This document shows positions 13,359 through 28,882 of a stretch of DNA of 64,000 nt, one piece after another. Position 1 is the stretch's first letter. The number at the start of each line of letters is the position of its first letter. The notes below the pieces were generated by a model. The model searched no databases. It was not told where the DNA came from and saw only the letters and a program-made list of their open reading frames with translations. Source of the stretch: the human T2T-CHM13v2.0 reference genome, Homo sapiens; assembly GCF_009914755.1 (NCBI RefSeq), contig NC_060926.1; one strand, 5' to 3'. Made by a program: the position numbers and the translations under genes.

Positions 13359-13831
13359 TGTTGCATATTTTTGAACCATGCATTTGTACTTAAAGACACA
13401 CAAACAATAAATAATACAGCTCGAAAATTCATACAAAGTAAATAGATTTTGTAGCCACTAACCATAAAAAATGTTATTGTTTGTCAATTAAAAATTCCCA
13501 GCACCCTAGAATTCCTGTCTGTGGCCCTTTCTCAGCCAAATACATTTCTCCACATAGGCTACTACTCTACTGATCTCTAATATGATTGGTTTACTTTCTT
13601 AAAAATGTCATATAGATGAATCACACATTCTGTAATATTTGGCATTATTTTTCCTTCATGCAGTATTATCACTGTCAGATATGACCATGCTATTATTTCC
13701 ATTACTATATATTCACCATTGTATAAATAGAGCTCAATGTAATGGGTCACTTTTCTTTTGAGAAACATTTGTGTTATGTATAGATTTCTGGTAGAAATAC
13801 AACCATAATCAGGTAGTCTAGATTACAGATA

Positions 13832-14407
13832 ATTTTGTTTTCTCTGCTATTAGCTTAACATTCACTACAAATTTATCAGCTTAGACAATACAAGTTTATT
13901 GTTATTCAGATCTGTAAGACATGAATCTGACAAGGTCTCAACCAAACTAAGACCAAGGTGTCAACATGGCTGTGTTCATTTCTGGAGACTGTAGGAGTAA
14001 ATGTAACCCCTCCTCATTTGGGTTTTTGGCAGAATTCAAGTCTATGTGGTTGCAGAACTGTGGTCTCTGTTTTCCTGCTGTCTATAAACTGAGGGCCATA
14101 TGCAGATTTTGGAAACTGCCTCATCCCATGGTTCATGGACCTTTTTCTCCATCTTCGAAGCCAGCAATTGTGGGTCTAGTCCTTACATAGCATCTTTCTG
14201 ATTCTTTTTCTCTCTCTTCCCTCTCTGACCAATTATCTCCAATAACTGATGTAAATAGATGGAACCCACTCAGAAAATACAGGTTAGTCTCCCCACCTCA
14301 AGGTGTATAAATTTAATCACATCTGCAAAATCATTTTTACCAGATAACGTACAACTTCAGGGGCTTAAACTGTGAACATCTTTGGAAGGCCATTACGCCT
14401 ACCATGA
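13832..14407 (-). mobile_element. MLT1E/F-like MaLR LTR
   Basis: 'actacaaatttatcagcttagacaatacaagttt...ccaaggtgtcaacatggctgtgttc...aatcacatctgcaaaatc...tttggaaggccattacgcctacca'. Confidence 0.8.
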
Positions 14408-14488
14408 TAATGCAGAAGTTCAACTATTGTTGGACTTTCAAATGGTTTTCTAATTTGTTTGTACCAATTTATACTTTTACTAGCAGTG

Positions 14489-16519
14489 TAATATGGTTTG
14501 GCTCTGTGTCCCCACCTAAATCTCATCTCAAATTGTAATCTCCACATATCAATGGAGGGACTTGGTGGGAGGTGATTGGATCATGGGGGCAGTTTTCCTC
14601 ATGCTGTTCTTCTGATAGTGAGGGAGTTCTTATGAGACCTGATGGTTTAAAAGTGACAGTTTCCACTGCACTCTCTCTCTCTCTCCTGCTGCCATGTAAC
14701 ATATGCCTTGCTTCACCTTTACCGACTGTCATGATTCTAAGTTTCTTGAGGCCTTCCAAGCTATGTAGAACTGTTAGTCAATTAAACCTTTTCTTTTTAT
14801 AAATTACCCAGTCTCAGGTATTATCTTTATAGCAGTGTGAAAAGGGACTAATAAAAAACATTGGTAACAGGAGTAGGGTACTGCTATAAAGATAACTTGA
14901 AAATGTGGAAGCGACTTTGGACATGGGTAATAGGCAGAGGCTGGAACAGTTTGGAGAACTCAGAAGAAGACAAGAAGATATGGGAAAGGTTGGAACTTCC
15001 TAGAGACTTGTTGAATGGTTTTGATCAAAATGCTGAAAGTGATATGGAAAATGAAATGAAGTCCAGGCCGAGGTGGTTTAAGATAGAGATAAAAAACTTA
15101 TTGGGAAAATTTGTAGCCTGACCATGTGGTAGAAAAGAAAAACTCATTTTCTGGGGAGAAATTCAAGCTGGTTGCATAAATCTGCATAAGTAAAGAGGAG
15201 CCTAATGTTAATAGCCAAGACAATGTGAACAATGTCTCCAGGGCATGTCAGAGAACTTAATGACAGCCCCTTCCATCACAGGCTCAGAGGCCTAGGAGGA
15301 AAACATAGTTTTGTGGCCCAGGCCCAGGGCCCCACTGCTCTATGAAGCTTTGGGCCTTGGTGCCCTGTGTCCCAGCCACTCCAGTTCCAGCTTTGGCTAA
15401 AAGGGGCCAAGGTACAGCTCAGGGCATTGTTTCAGAGAGTGCAAGCTCCAAGCCCTAGTGGCTTTCATGCAGTGGTGAGCCTGCAGGTGCACAAAAGACA
15501 AGAGTTGAGGTTTGGGTGCCTCTACCTAGATTTCAGAGGATGTATGGAAACACCTGGATGTTCAGCCAGAAGTCTCCTGCAGTGGTGGAGCCCTCATGGA
15601 GAATCTCTACTAGGGCAATGCTGAGGGGAAATTTGGGGTCAGAGCCCCCACACTGAGTCCCCATTGGGGCATTACCTAGTGGATCTCTGAGAAGAGGGCT
15701 ACCGCCTTCCAGACCCCAGAATAGTGGATCTACTGACAGCTTTTACCATGCACTTGGAAAAGCCACAGGCACTCAACGCCAGCCCATGAAAGCAGCCACG
15801 AGGGCTGTAAACTACAGAGCCACAGGGCAGGAGTTTCCCAAGGTCCTGGGAGGACACCCCTTGCATCAGCTCTGGATGTGAGACATGGAGTAAAAGAAAA
15901 TGTTGGAGTTTTAAGATGAGAACATTTATCCAATGTTTGTACTCCCATTGTATCTTGGAAGTAACAATTTTGTTTTTTGTTTTGTTTTGTTTTACAGGCT
16001 CATAGGCAGAAGTGACTTGCCCTGTCTCAGATGAGACTTTGGACTTGTACTTTTGGGTTAATGCTGGAATGAGTTAAGACTTTGGGGGCCTGTTTAGAAG
16101 GCATGATTGGTTTTGAAATGTGAAAAGCAATAAAATTTGAGAGGGGCCAGGGGCAGAATGATATGGCTTGGCTCTGTGTCCTCATCCAAGTCTCATCACA
16201 AATTGTAATCTTCATCTGTCAAGGGAGAAACCTGGCAGAAGATGATTGGATCATGAGAGAGGTCATTCCCATGCTGTTCTCATGATAGTGAGGGAGTTCT
16301 TACAAAATCTGATGGTTTAAAAGTGGCAGTTTCCCTTTCTCCTCTCGCTCTCTCTTGCTGTCGTGTAAGTCATGCCTTGCTTTCCCTTAGCCTTCACCAT
16401 GATTCTAAGTTTCCTGAGGCCTTCCCAGCCATGTGGAACTGTGAGTCAATTAAACCTATTTTCTTCATAAGTTACCCAGTCTCAGGCTGTATCTTTATAG
16501 CCATGTGAAAAGTAATACA
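14489..16519 (+). mobile_element. THE1D/MSTA-type MaLR provirus: 5' LTR 14489-14855, internal 14856-16158, 3' LTR 16159-16519
   Basis: Two homologous LTRs; internal 'aaaatgtggaagcgactttgg...ggaacttcctagagacttgttgaatgg'; PPT gaggggccaggggcagaa (16141-16158); TSD cagtg / cagag. Confidence 0.95.
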
Positions 16520-17043
16520 CAGAGTTTAGAAGAGCTAAAATTATTTCATGTATCTGTTAATATTAGGTATATGGCTCATAAATTTTAGTCATTTTGAAAG
16601 GTATGTATGTATCTAGTAATAATTTTAGTTTATACTTACCTTACAACATGAAGTTGAGTACCTTTTTGTTTATTTACTGGCCATTTGGGTATCTGTTTTT
16701 GTAGATCTACAAACCAATGTTATTCTTTTGTATGAGGTAGGAGTCAACAGTAATTTATCTCACAAGAATATCCAGTTGACTGAGTACTATTTATTGGAAA
16801 AAATTGTCTTTTGTAATAAACCAACTATTCATTGATGTGCAAGTTTATTTCTGGACGACTGCTTTGGTTCCTTTGGCTTACTCCTCTATTCTTGCACCAA
16901 CCCTACTGTTTTCCTTACTATAGTTTTATAGTAAATATTAACACATGGTAGTCTAAGTTCCCCAAGGTTTTGATTCTTCAAATCACCCTTCTATATTAGC
17001 TTGTTGCACTGCCACATATATTTTAGAATTAGCTTCTCAGTTT

Positions 17044-17079
17044 ACACAGACACACATGTGCGCACACACGCACACACAC
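17044..17079. repeat. Imperfect (CA)n
   Basis: acacagacacacatgtgcgcacacacgcacacacac. Confidence 0.85.
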
Positions 17080-20000
17080 TCTTTGGGATTTAATTATTTT
17101 TACATTGAAATACTAGATCATTTTGTGGAAAATTGAAATCACTGCATGGTATATTCTCTCATTTATTTAGTGTTTATTTGATTTCGCTCAGTAGTGTTTT
17201 ATTGTCTCCTGTGTACAATTTCTAAACATATTTTATTAGTCTTACATCCTGAGTTCATATTAGATGATATTATAAAACAATTTTAATATAACTATAATTG
17301 TTTCAACTTCATAAAAATATAATTGATTTTGGGGGTTTGTTTTTATGGTTGATGTTTTTCTCCTATATTGATATTTATGTAATGCTAGGCTTATTAAATG
17401 TGTTGCAAATTGTTCCAAACAATTATTTTTCCTCTGTTTTCTGAAATAGATTGTATGAGATTGAAATTATTTCTGTAAGTGTTTGATAAAGTTTACCAAT
17501 GCAGCCTACATATCTTGGCATTTGCTTTCCAGAAAGATTTTATTTATAAATTATTTATTAAGTTCAGAATTATTATTTATTATTTTTCTTTTGTTCTTGA
17601 GTAAATTTTAGTAATTTGAGTATTTTAAAGAATTTTTCTACTTCATCTATGTTTATTGGCATAAAGTTAAATCATATTTTCTTTTAGTATCTTTAGAATA
17701 TCTTGGGATGTCTTCTTGTTCATTTGTGATATTGGTCATTTGTGTCTTTATTTTCCCTTGATCAATGGAGCTCTAGGTTTCTCATTTTTATCAATCTTTA
17801 AAAACGTTTTGGTTTACAAAAATTTTCTCTGTTTCCGGTTTTTATTTCATCTTTTATATTACTGTGGGCTTCATTTGCTCTTTTATTCATGTTTTTATTC
17901 ATGTTTTTAAGGTATGAACATAAATGACTACTTTGAGATCTTTCTTATTTTCAATGTATAAATTTGTAGATCTAGTTTTTCCTGTAAGCACTATTATAGG
18001 TATGTCTAAATATTGCTCATATTATTATTTTAGTTTCATTCATTTCAAAATATTTTATATTTCTTCTTATAATTTTCCCCCTAGGCACATAGATTTTGTT
18101 AAGTGGGTTAACTTTCAAATATCTGATTTTTTTCAGATATTTTCTGTTATTGATTTAAAATTTACTGCTATACTTATCAGGTAACATATGTTGTATGAGT
18201 TGGCTATTTTTAATATATTATTTTTATGCCCTAGAACTTAACCTGTCTTGGTGAATAATCCTTGTGTACTTGAAAAGGATATAGTTGGTATTTGGGGGTG
18301 AAATTGTCCAGTAAATATTAATTCTGGCAGGTTGCTTTTTTGTGTTGATTAGGCCTTTTATATACTTAAAGATTTTTCTCCAGTTTTTAAACATCAACTA
18401 CTTGTAGAAGATTATGGAAAGTTCCAACTCTAACTGTGGATTTTTCTAACTTACTTTTCTCTTTTATCACATTTTACTTAATTAATTTTGAAGCTCAGTT
18501 AATGATTTTATACAAAACTGAGTTTTTATATCTTTTGATAAAATCATCTTTATTATTATGCAATCTCTGTATTTATTCTCGATATATTCCTTTTCTGAAG
18601 TCTACTTTCTTGGATATAAATATAGCAACTTTACTTTCTTATGATAAGTTATTGCACAGTAGAACTTCCATGCCTTCGTTGTTATGCGATATGTGTTTTC
18701 TTAATTTAAAGTGGGGTCCTTTTAGACAGTCAATTGTTGGGTATTGCTTTTATTAATTTTCTTATCTGTACTTTTTATTTGGAGTATTTATAACATTTGC
18801 ATGTATTAATATTACTAATATTGTTAGATTTCAATCTACCACCTGCATATATATCTTGCATTTGTGCACTCTGTTTATTGTTTCTTGTTTTCATTCCTTT
18901 ATTCCTTTTTTTGGATTGAGTAAGAATTTTTTTAACCTTTCCATTTCATGCCACTATAAACTGTACAGTTGTTTTATATATTTTATGTGGTGTTTTGGTA
19001 GTTTAAAATGGGAGGCTAAATCCAGTTCCTTTTGTTTCACCACAGATGGAATTTCCACATGCTTTCAGTAGGCTACTTTTGACATAGCCAGTGTAAGAGA
19101 GCCTGCCTACATTGGAGGATTACTTTACAAAATTACTTTTTTTCCATCAAAGTAATGATTTTTCAACATAAATGCTTGATACTTATTTCTTTTCAGATCC
19201 ATAATCTATATCTAATATGTTCTTTTTTGAGTTCTACCTACCACCAACGTGTATATATTGGGATCAGTGATTTAGCTAGTGGTCATAGATGTAACTAGAA
19301 TGTTTGTTTTGTACATTCATTTCTAATAAAACAATATTATCTACATAGATTAGATAAAACATGTCTAATACAACAATATTTGAAAGTTCAATAAAAATGG
19401 CATTTTGTGTCTTACTAAAGATATTTGTAGAAAAACAGCTATGCCATTGTACCCTTATCAGGGTGATGTTTTTGAAGACATATTCTGTAACTGTTCTTGG
19501 AATTGCAGAATAAGCATCACAAGATAAAACACAATTTTTTTTCCCAAATTAATGCTAATGACTGTTATTAGCCTTAACAATTTAATTGTATTGGCCTATC
19601 TGTACTCATTTAGTAATTAACTCTAGAATCAGCTATTGAATAACATTCACAAATTTTATTAGATTTTAAAAGTAATATGAATTAATTGCAGAAATAATAA
19701 AATATAAAAATCTTTTAAAATATAGACAAATACTGCTTACAAAGATAGCCACCATTAGCATTTCAGAGCATATTGTGTTTTTCTTTTTCTTTCAACAAAA
19801 TTGTTCATATAGTATTTGTATTGTTTGGCATTCTACTCTTGTAACTGAACTAATCATAAATATGTCCCAAATATGTCACTAAATATCTGTAGGTAAGATG
19901 TGTTTTCATGGTAAACCTAATTATGGATGCTTAGGTTGTTTGCAACAAAAAAGCTCACATCATGCTAATGAAGTAACAGTCTATTTTGGTAGGGGAAAAA

Positions 20001-20309
20001 TGACTTTTACTCTTTGTAAATTTTGCTGGGTACTGTGAGACTTACATAATATATATTCAATACATATACATGTAATATGTACTCAGTAAATAATTGTTAG
20101 TTAGAAAGCAGGAATATGTGGAGAATGATATCTGCTACGTTCATTTTAAAACTAAGTAATGTCATATGTAGCATTTTACTGTCTTAGCTTTGAAACATTT
20201 TATATAGGCAGATGTTCTTAGTTTCATTGTTTATGTAGAACACATTTTTCCTACAATTGACTTGACTCAGAAGTTGATCTAAATAATAGTGAAGTGATTT
20301 TAATAGAAT

Positions 20310-20535
20310 ATCTATATTGAATGCCTACTATGTGCTGTGCACTATAGTAATCACTAGGACTACAGACACTAAAGCAAAACACATTATCATTTATCAAAGA
20401 CCCTATGCCACAAAACTACTAGTTCAATAAATGACAATAATTATTCTCATTACTCTGGCAAGACTAATACAGACTCAGAATTAAAGTAACTTCCTGTCTA
20501 GCAAAGAGTGAAAAGATTACAACTTTGCACTTTAA
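20310..20535 (-). mobile_element. MIR/L2 fragments
   Basis: 'tattgaatgcctactatgtgc' and 'acagactcagaattaaagtaacttcc'. Confidence 0.5.
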
Positions 20536-21069
20536 TTAACTTCAGTAAACAGAAAATCAATCTTTTCTCCTGAGGGGGAATTCAGTTGCCTAATTTTAAA
20601 GTGATAAATAACATTTCTTGAATACTATGTAATTTATTCAAGCATAAAAGTAAATTATGGATGTCTTTCAAAATTCAGCTCATAGTTAAGAATTTTTAAG
20701 TATCAATTGTGTGATCTGCACAAACTCTTTCCCTTTAAACTGATGAATTCATGAAAAAATTTAAAAGAGAAGAAATTCACAACTTATATTTATGTATTAA
20801 TGTATATTCCCTTCAAAGGTGGGGAATGGGAAATGGCAAATGTTATTTTCACAAGTCCCAGGAAGTCACATTACATTCTATTGAGATTAAAAACAGAAAA
20901 TCCTTGCATTTTAATATTTCAGTAGCAAATGCTCTCATAATTAATATCTGCTTTTAAATTAGGCACAATTTTGAAAAATCTATTAAGAGTCTAAGTGAAT
21001 ATATTTTCTCTAATAATGTTTCAAATGATTTACTAATTCTTTAAGTGTCTGGCTGAGATCCACTTTCTA

Positions 21070-21270
21070 TAATAGCCAACCTTTATTGAATACTTCCTAT
21101 CATATAAAGTCATATAAGCAATATAGCATTTAATATTAATAGAAAGTTCATATTCATATATATGAATAATAATGTAAAATGATTTTTAATTTATACAGGA
21201 GGAGACAAACTTAGAAAGTTGATGTAGCATAAACAGAATAAGCATTTTTTATTTCTGTCTTCTGAGATTC
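21070..21270 (-). mobile_element. Degraded MIR
   Basis: 'atagccaacctttattgaatacttcctat...tttatacaggaggagacaaacttagaaagttga'. Confidence 0.45.
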
Positions 21271-21732
21271 CATATGAATGATAGTTACTATTTTTGTAAG
21301 TATTATTCTTCATCAACAAAAAATGGGAGAGTCTAGTGATAAACCTCAGGATTTGAATGTTTTCTGGGGAAGAGAAAGTAGATGGAGGAATACACATGAA
21401 TTACCATGACAGATGAAACCTACAGTTAAGAAATGCCCTTGACTGGAGTGCATGGAGAAGAATACTGGCCAGCATGGCGGTGCCCAAGAGGAGTTTCAGC
21501 CTCAAGGATGGCAGGGGCAACAGAGAGCATATTGAGGAGCAAGGCTGAAAAGAATGAGATATATACTGAAGTTCTTTATATGAACTTCCAACAACTCCTA
21601 TTTCTAAATCATCATTGCAAGAATATTTGTCAATAAATCTTAGGTCAATAGGTGAGTTTTTCCTTCTTTCAAACCTAAAGAAAACTATCTTAACTTACCT
21701 GAATTATCTTGAGAAGATTAGTATATATTGTT

Positions 21733-22189
21733 TGTAGTGGGTTGAATGGCAGCCTCCCAAAAGATATGTCTACTCAGAATCTGTAAATTTGTCCTTATTT
21801 GTAGAAAAGTAAAAGGCCTTTCAAATTTAATTAAACTAAGATTCTCCCCATAAGATCATCCTGGATTGTGCTGGTGGTCCCTAAATCCAATGAAAAAGGA
21901 AAAATCCATAAAAAGAGGAGAAGACAGATACAGACAGAGCCTTATGAAGGTGGAGGCAGAGGGTGTAGATGTGCGACATCAAGCTAAGTATTGTCAAGGA
22001 CTGATTGGAGGTACTGGAGTCTGGAAGAGGCAGTAATGATTCTCATTTAAAGCCTTCAAAGGGACTGTGGTACTGCTGACACCTTGACTTCAGATTTCTG
22101 GTCTCTAGAATTGCAATAGAATAAATTCCTGTTGTTTAAAGCCATCAAATTGGTAGTAATTTCTTATAGCATTCCTAGGAACTAAATCA
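21733..22189 (+). mobile_element. MLT1C-like MaLR solo LTR
   Basis: 'tgtagtgggttgaatggcagcctcccaaaagatatgtc' to 'aataaattcctgttgtttaaagcca...cctaggaactaa'. Confidence 0.88.
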
Positions 22190-22299
22190 ATGCTACATCA
22201 GGTAAAAAGCCCTCTAATTACTGGCAATTTAAATTCAAAGACATAATGGTCAGCTATTTTCTGTAAACAAACAACATTACATACAGGGAGCTCTGAAAC

Positions 22300-24050
22300 T
22301 GACATCAGTGCTTCATTCTAAAATATGAGTGGATCTGAAATATTTAACCAGTTGTTTGAGAAAAGTCTATAGGTGCAGAGAAAGAACAAGATAAACCAGG
22401 AAGAAAACTTCTGGAAGAAAATAAATGTTTTAGAAAAAAGATGATTTCAGTAACAATAATTTAACCACTATCTTCAAGGGCATTTAGGTTGATATTAGGT
22501 ATTGAAACTATAAACAAAAATAAGACACTTTTGAATAGGAAAATTCAGAAAAATACAAATATGAAGGTTGCCCAAAAAACTAAAAATAGTGTTACCATAT
22601 GAACCAGAAATTCCTCTCTGTATTTTCTTGAAAGATTTGAAATCAGTGTGTTAAAAGAGATGTCTACATTCCCACGTTCATTGCAGGATTGTTCACAATA
22701 TCTAAGTTATTAAATCGACCTAAGTGTTCGTTAATAAAGGAATGGATTAAGACATATGGTATATATACACAATAGAATACTATTTAGCCTTAAAAAGAAA
22801 AAACTTCTGTTACTTGTGACAACATTGGTGGAATTGGAGAACATTATGCTAAGTGAAATAAGACAAAAATAGAAAGACAAACACTGCATGTCTAAGTTAT
22901 ATGTGGAATCTAAAACAATTGAAGCCATGGAAGTATAGAGTAGAATAGTGATTATGAGGGGTTGGGGGAGGGGGCTGGGAGAATGGGGAGATGATATTCA
23001 AAGGGTACAAAGCCTCAGGTAGAAAAATACATATTTTTAGAAAAATAGCACAGCATGCTGAATATAGATAATAATTGAGTACTGCACATTTCAACATTAC
23101 TGAGAATAAATTTGTAATGTCCTCATCACAAAAAGTCAAAATTGTTTTATTCAAACAAAGTTTTCAATATGATATACAAATTAATATATTGACTAGATAC
23201 ATTGAAGGGTTAATAGATGAAGTAAGAGACCCTTCCAAAAATTCAGACAGATGCAGTGCCATGGGAAGTATTGCCAATATGCAACTAATACTCACAGAAA
23301 AAGGGAGCAGAGAACACACAGCAAAAAATATATATATCAAATAAACAGTAAAAGAATGGTCTAAAGAATTCTGAAACATATAAATTAGGAAAGTCCAAAC
23401 TTTATGTCATAGTGAAATTCAAGAATATAAATGGTAAAAGGAAGGCTCTAAACATTTCCAAAGAAATGGAAAAAAAGGCAGGTGTTTTACAAAAGGAATA
23501 ACAATGAGATAAAGTTCAAATGTCTCATCACCAATTCTAAGTCCTAGAACATAATAGAGGAAGCCCTTCAAATTTGAGAGGATAAATATAATTAATCTAG
23601 ACTAATGATATTCCCACAAAATGTTGAATCGTTATTAGAGAATAAAAACATTTCTTCACATGTCATGCCTCCTTAAAGTTTTCTTCCACAATACAATTTT
23701 TAAAAGTCACTTGAGAATAGATTTTATTAATAAGAAAGCGACCTAGATGGAGGAATAAAAGGTATGAAAAGATATTTGATGTAAGGAGGAAAACATTGAA
23801 GAGAAGCTTCAGCTTGAAATGTGTTATAGGCTGAGAGGAATCAGTCTAATAAAAATTGAGGAAGAGAGAACTTCAACAGGGTGCTCTTGAAATGAAGAGA
23901 ATATTTGATAGGATATGTAAGACAATTATAGTTTCAAATTTGTCTCTGCAAATAAAGTTTAAGACTAAGAAAATTTGCAAGTGAATGCAAGTGAAAATAA
24001 AATATATCAAGAAACTTGAGAAGAAACCCCATGGTTCATGACATTTAAAA
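22300..24050 (+). mobile_element. HAL1 / ancient L1 ORF1-like remnant, split by an L1MA 3' end
   Basis: ORF1-like 'gtgaaattcaagaatataaatggtaaaaggaaggctctaaacatttcca...acaaaaggaataacaatgaga...cccttcaaatttgagagg'. Confidence 0.55.
22572..23133 (+). mobile_element. L1MA 3'-end fragment
   Basis: 'ttaccatatgaaccagaaattcc', 'ggagaacattatgctaagtgaaataag', 'caaagggtacaaagcctcagg', 'tcctcatcacaaaaa'. Confidence 0.88.
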
Positions 24051-24089
24051 ACATATCACTGAATTTAACTGGCTAAATTTGTACTTTTT

Positions 24090-26513
24090 GCTAAGTTTTT
24101 AAACTTGGAATAATGTAAATTCACAGGAAGTTGCAAAGACAGTATATTCCTTTAACCATGTTTCCCCCAATAATTACATTTTTGCTAACTATAGTAGAAT
24201 ATAAAAAACTGACAGATTAACACTCATACAATGTGTATGTACAAATCATTGTCAGTGTGTCACATGGGTAGATTTATGTAAGCACCACAGCGATCAAAAT
24301 ACAGAATTATTTTATCTCCCTAATGTTACTCCTGCCTACGCACCTTTCCAATACCCAGGCAACAAATAATTTATTCTCAATACCTATTTTCTTATTTAAG
24401 GATGTTATATAGGTGGAATCATACAATCTTTTTGACCTTTTTTTGTTACACACACAATTAAATACCTTTGAGTTCTATCCACATTTTTAGATGTATAAAT
24501 ATTTTTGTATTGGTGAATAGTAATCTATGGTATAGATGTACCATAGTTTGGTATATTAATTATTATCTATTGCAGTGTGTTTTAGTTAATCCATTGTTTG
24601 GCTATTACAAATCAAATTGTTTTGATAAATTATGTATCAGTTTTTTCTGTGGATATAATTTATTCTTTGAGATAAGCATGAATGCTAGGTCATATGGTAA
24701 ATATATGATCAGTATTTTAAGACATCATGAAACAACTTTCCTTCAGAAAGACTGTACTGTTTTTACATTCCAACCAGTCAGTAGTATATAAGTGATCCAA
24801 TTTATTTGCATCCTTGTAAGGGTTTGTTATCATTATATTTTATATTTTTTTCGGATAGGTATACAGTAATGTCTCATAATGTTATCTATTTGCATTTTCC
24901 TGATGGCTAGTGATGTTCAGTATCTTTTATATGTGCTTACCTGTTATCTGTATAACTGTTTAGTTAGATGTATCTCCATGTCTTCTGTCCACTTTCTAAT
25001 AGAGATATTTGTATTTTTTTCTTATTGTTGAGATTTAAGAGTTCTTATATAATCTAAAATAATTCCTTTTTCAGATATGTGATCAGAAACTCTTATTTTC
25101 CTAGATTTCACCTTATATTTTTGTCTTCTTAACCAAGTCTTATACAGCACAAATTTTAAATTCTGATGAAGTCCAAGTTGTGAAATATTATTTTTATGAA
25201 TGATGCTTTTGGTACCATGGTAACATCTTTTTGTGAAGATCCAGGACTGAAATATTTTTTCCTATGATTTTTTACAGAAGTTTTAAAATGTTACATTTTA
25301 CTTTTAAATCTATGATAAATTTTGAGAGAAATGTTCTGTAATTTACGTGGCTTAGATAAACATTTGTTTTTTATTTCAATATCCAATTTTCCCAGCGTGA
25401 TGTGTTGAAAAGATTATTCTTCCTCTATTGCACTGTTTTTTAACATATCAAAACTCAAATTGGTGTATTTGCATAGGGTTAATTCTGAGTACTCTATTCT
25501 ATTCCATTCATTTGTGGATTACTGTACCAACTTGTCTTGAAACTGTTAAGAGTGATTCATAAGATTAGGTTATCCTTTTATAAAATTGTTTACTTTTATT
25601 ACTTCCTTTGATTTCCCTATACATTTTAGAATAATCATGTCTATATTTACAAAAATTGTCCAGGGATTTTGATAAATGCTGTGTTAAACTTGTACATCAA
25701 TTTCAGAAGAAATGACAATTTACTACATTGAGCCTTTCAATCCATGAATATGGTATGGCTTTTTATTTATTTAAATCTACATTAATATTGTTTATCAGTG
25801 GTTGCAAATTATTTTTTTCTGTTGATTTCCATGTGTTCATTAATTGTATATAGAAATATAATTGCTTTTGTATATAAGTCTTCTATCATGAAACTTTGCT
25901 GAACACACTTATTAGTTCTATTTGCTATTTACTATATTACTCGGTATTTTCTCTGAAGATGATCATGCTATCTCCTTGTAGGGATAGTTTTATTACTTTC
26001 TTTGATGTGTATCACTTTATTTTTGTTTCTTGTCTTATTGTTAAATTTATAACTTCCAGTATCATGTTGAATAGCAGTAGTGAGTGTAGACATGCTTGCT
26101 AATAAATTGCTTTGCTATGAAGATTAGTTGATCTGATATTGATAATGTCAATCTTGTTTTCCTTTGATTAGTATCTGTGTATTTTTCTTTTACTTTTGTT
26201 TCAACTTGAACAAGCCGTATCTTAATATATGAAGTATGATCTTAGGAGAAAAGCATTCATCCTTTAAGTATTAGATATATCAGCTGTAAGTTGTGTTTAA
26301 GTTTTTTTATCAAGGTGAAAACATTTTTCTATTCTTTATTTTATGAGTATTTTTCTTATGATTGGGATTGAATTTTGTCAAATCCTTTCTCTTCATCGGT
26401 TGCTATGACTATAAAATGTTCTTTTAAGCCTGTAGATTTAATGTATTACATGGATTAATATTTGGATATTAAACCAATATTTCATCATTAGTGTAAACCC
26501 CATTTGGTCATGG

Positions 26514-26516
<3 letters not shown>
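24090..26516 (-). mobile_element. L1MC/L1MD-type LINE (3' UTR and ORF2 3' half)
   Basis: 3' end 'aaattcacaggaagttgcaaagacag...tttcccccaat...aactatagtagaatat', then continuous antisense ORF2 to 'cccatttggtcatgg'. Confidence 0.85.
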
Positions 26517-26552
<36 letters not shown>

Positions 26553-26608
26553 ACACACACACACACAGGGAGAGAGAGAGAAAGAGAGAGATTGAGAGAG
26601 ACAGAGAG
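26517..26608. repeat. Compound (CA)n(GA)n microsatellite
   Basis: ~25 CA units followed directly by ~20 GA units. Confidence 0.95.
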
Positions 26609-26639
26609 TCAACTGAAGAAACATCCAAAAGATTGTGCA

Positions 26640-28702
<2,063 letters not shown>

Positions 28703-28882
28703 TTATGTATAACTTATATAGCTATATTCATATCTATAATTTATATATGTATAGATATATACAATCTATAGACATGTATATATAGTATATATGTATATAT
28801 AGTTATATATCTATATATAACATATATGTATACATAGCATATATCTATACATATATAGATAACATATATCTATACATATGTA
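28703..28882. repeat. (TA)n-rich low-complexity tract at the L1 inversion junction
   Basis: ~180 bp of degenerate tatatagatatatac units. Confidence 0.9.

Larger units (their letters stand above)
13390..18950 (-). mobile_element. Old L1M (3' UTR through ORF2, internally deleted), interrupted by MLT1 and THE1
   Basis: Antisense L1 motifs in order: 'gtaccaatttatacttttactagcagtg', 'tttactggccatttgggtatct', 'cttgcaccaaccctactg', 'ttgtgtacttgaaaagga', 'agacagtcaattgttggg'. Confidence 0.75.

Noticed and set aside
14861-15121. 86-aa ORF at the start of the THE1 internal region
   Set aside because: Out-of-frame or partial remnant of the MaLR internal ORF, broken by a deletion.
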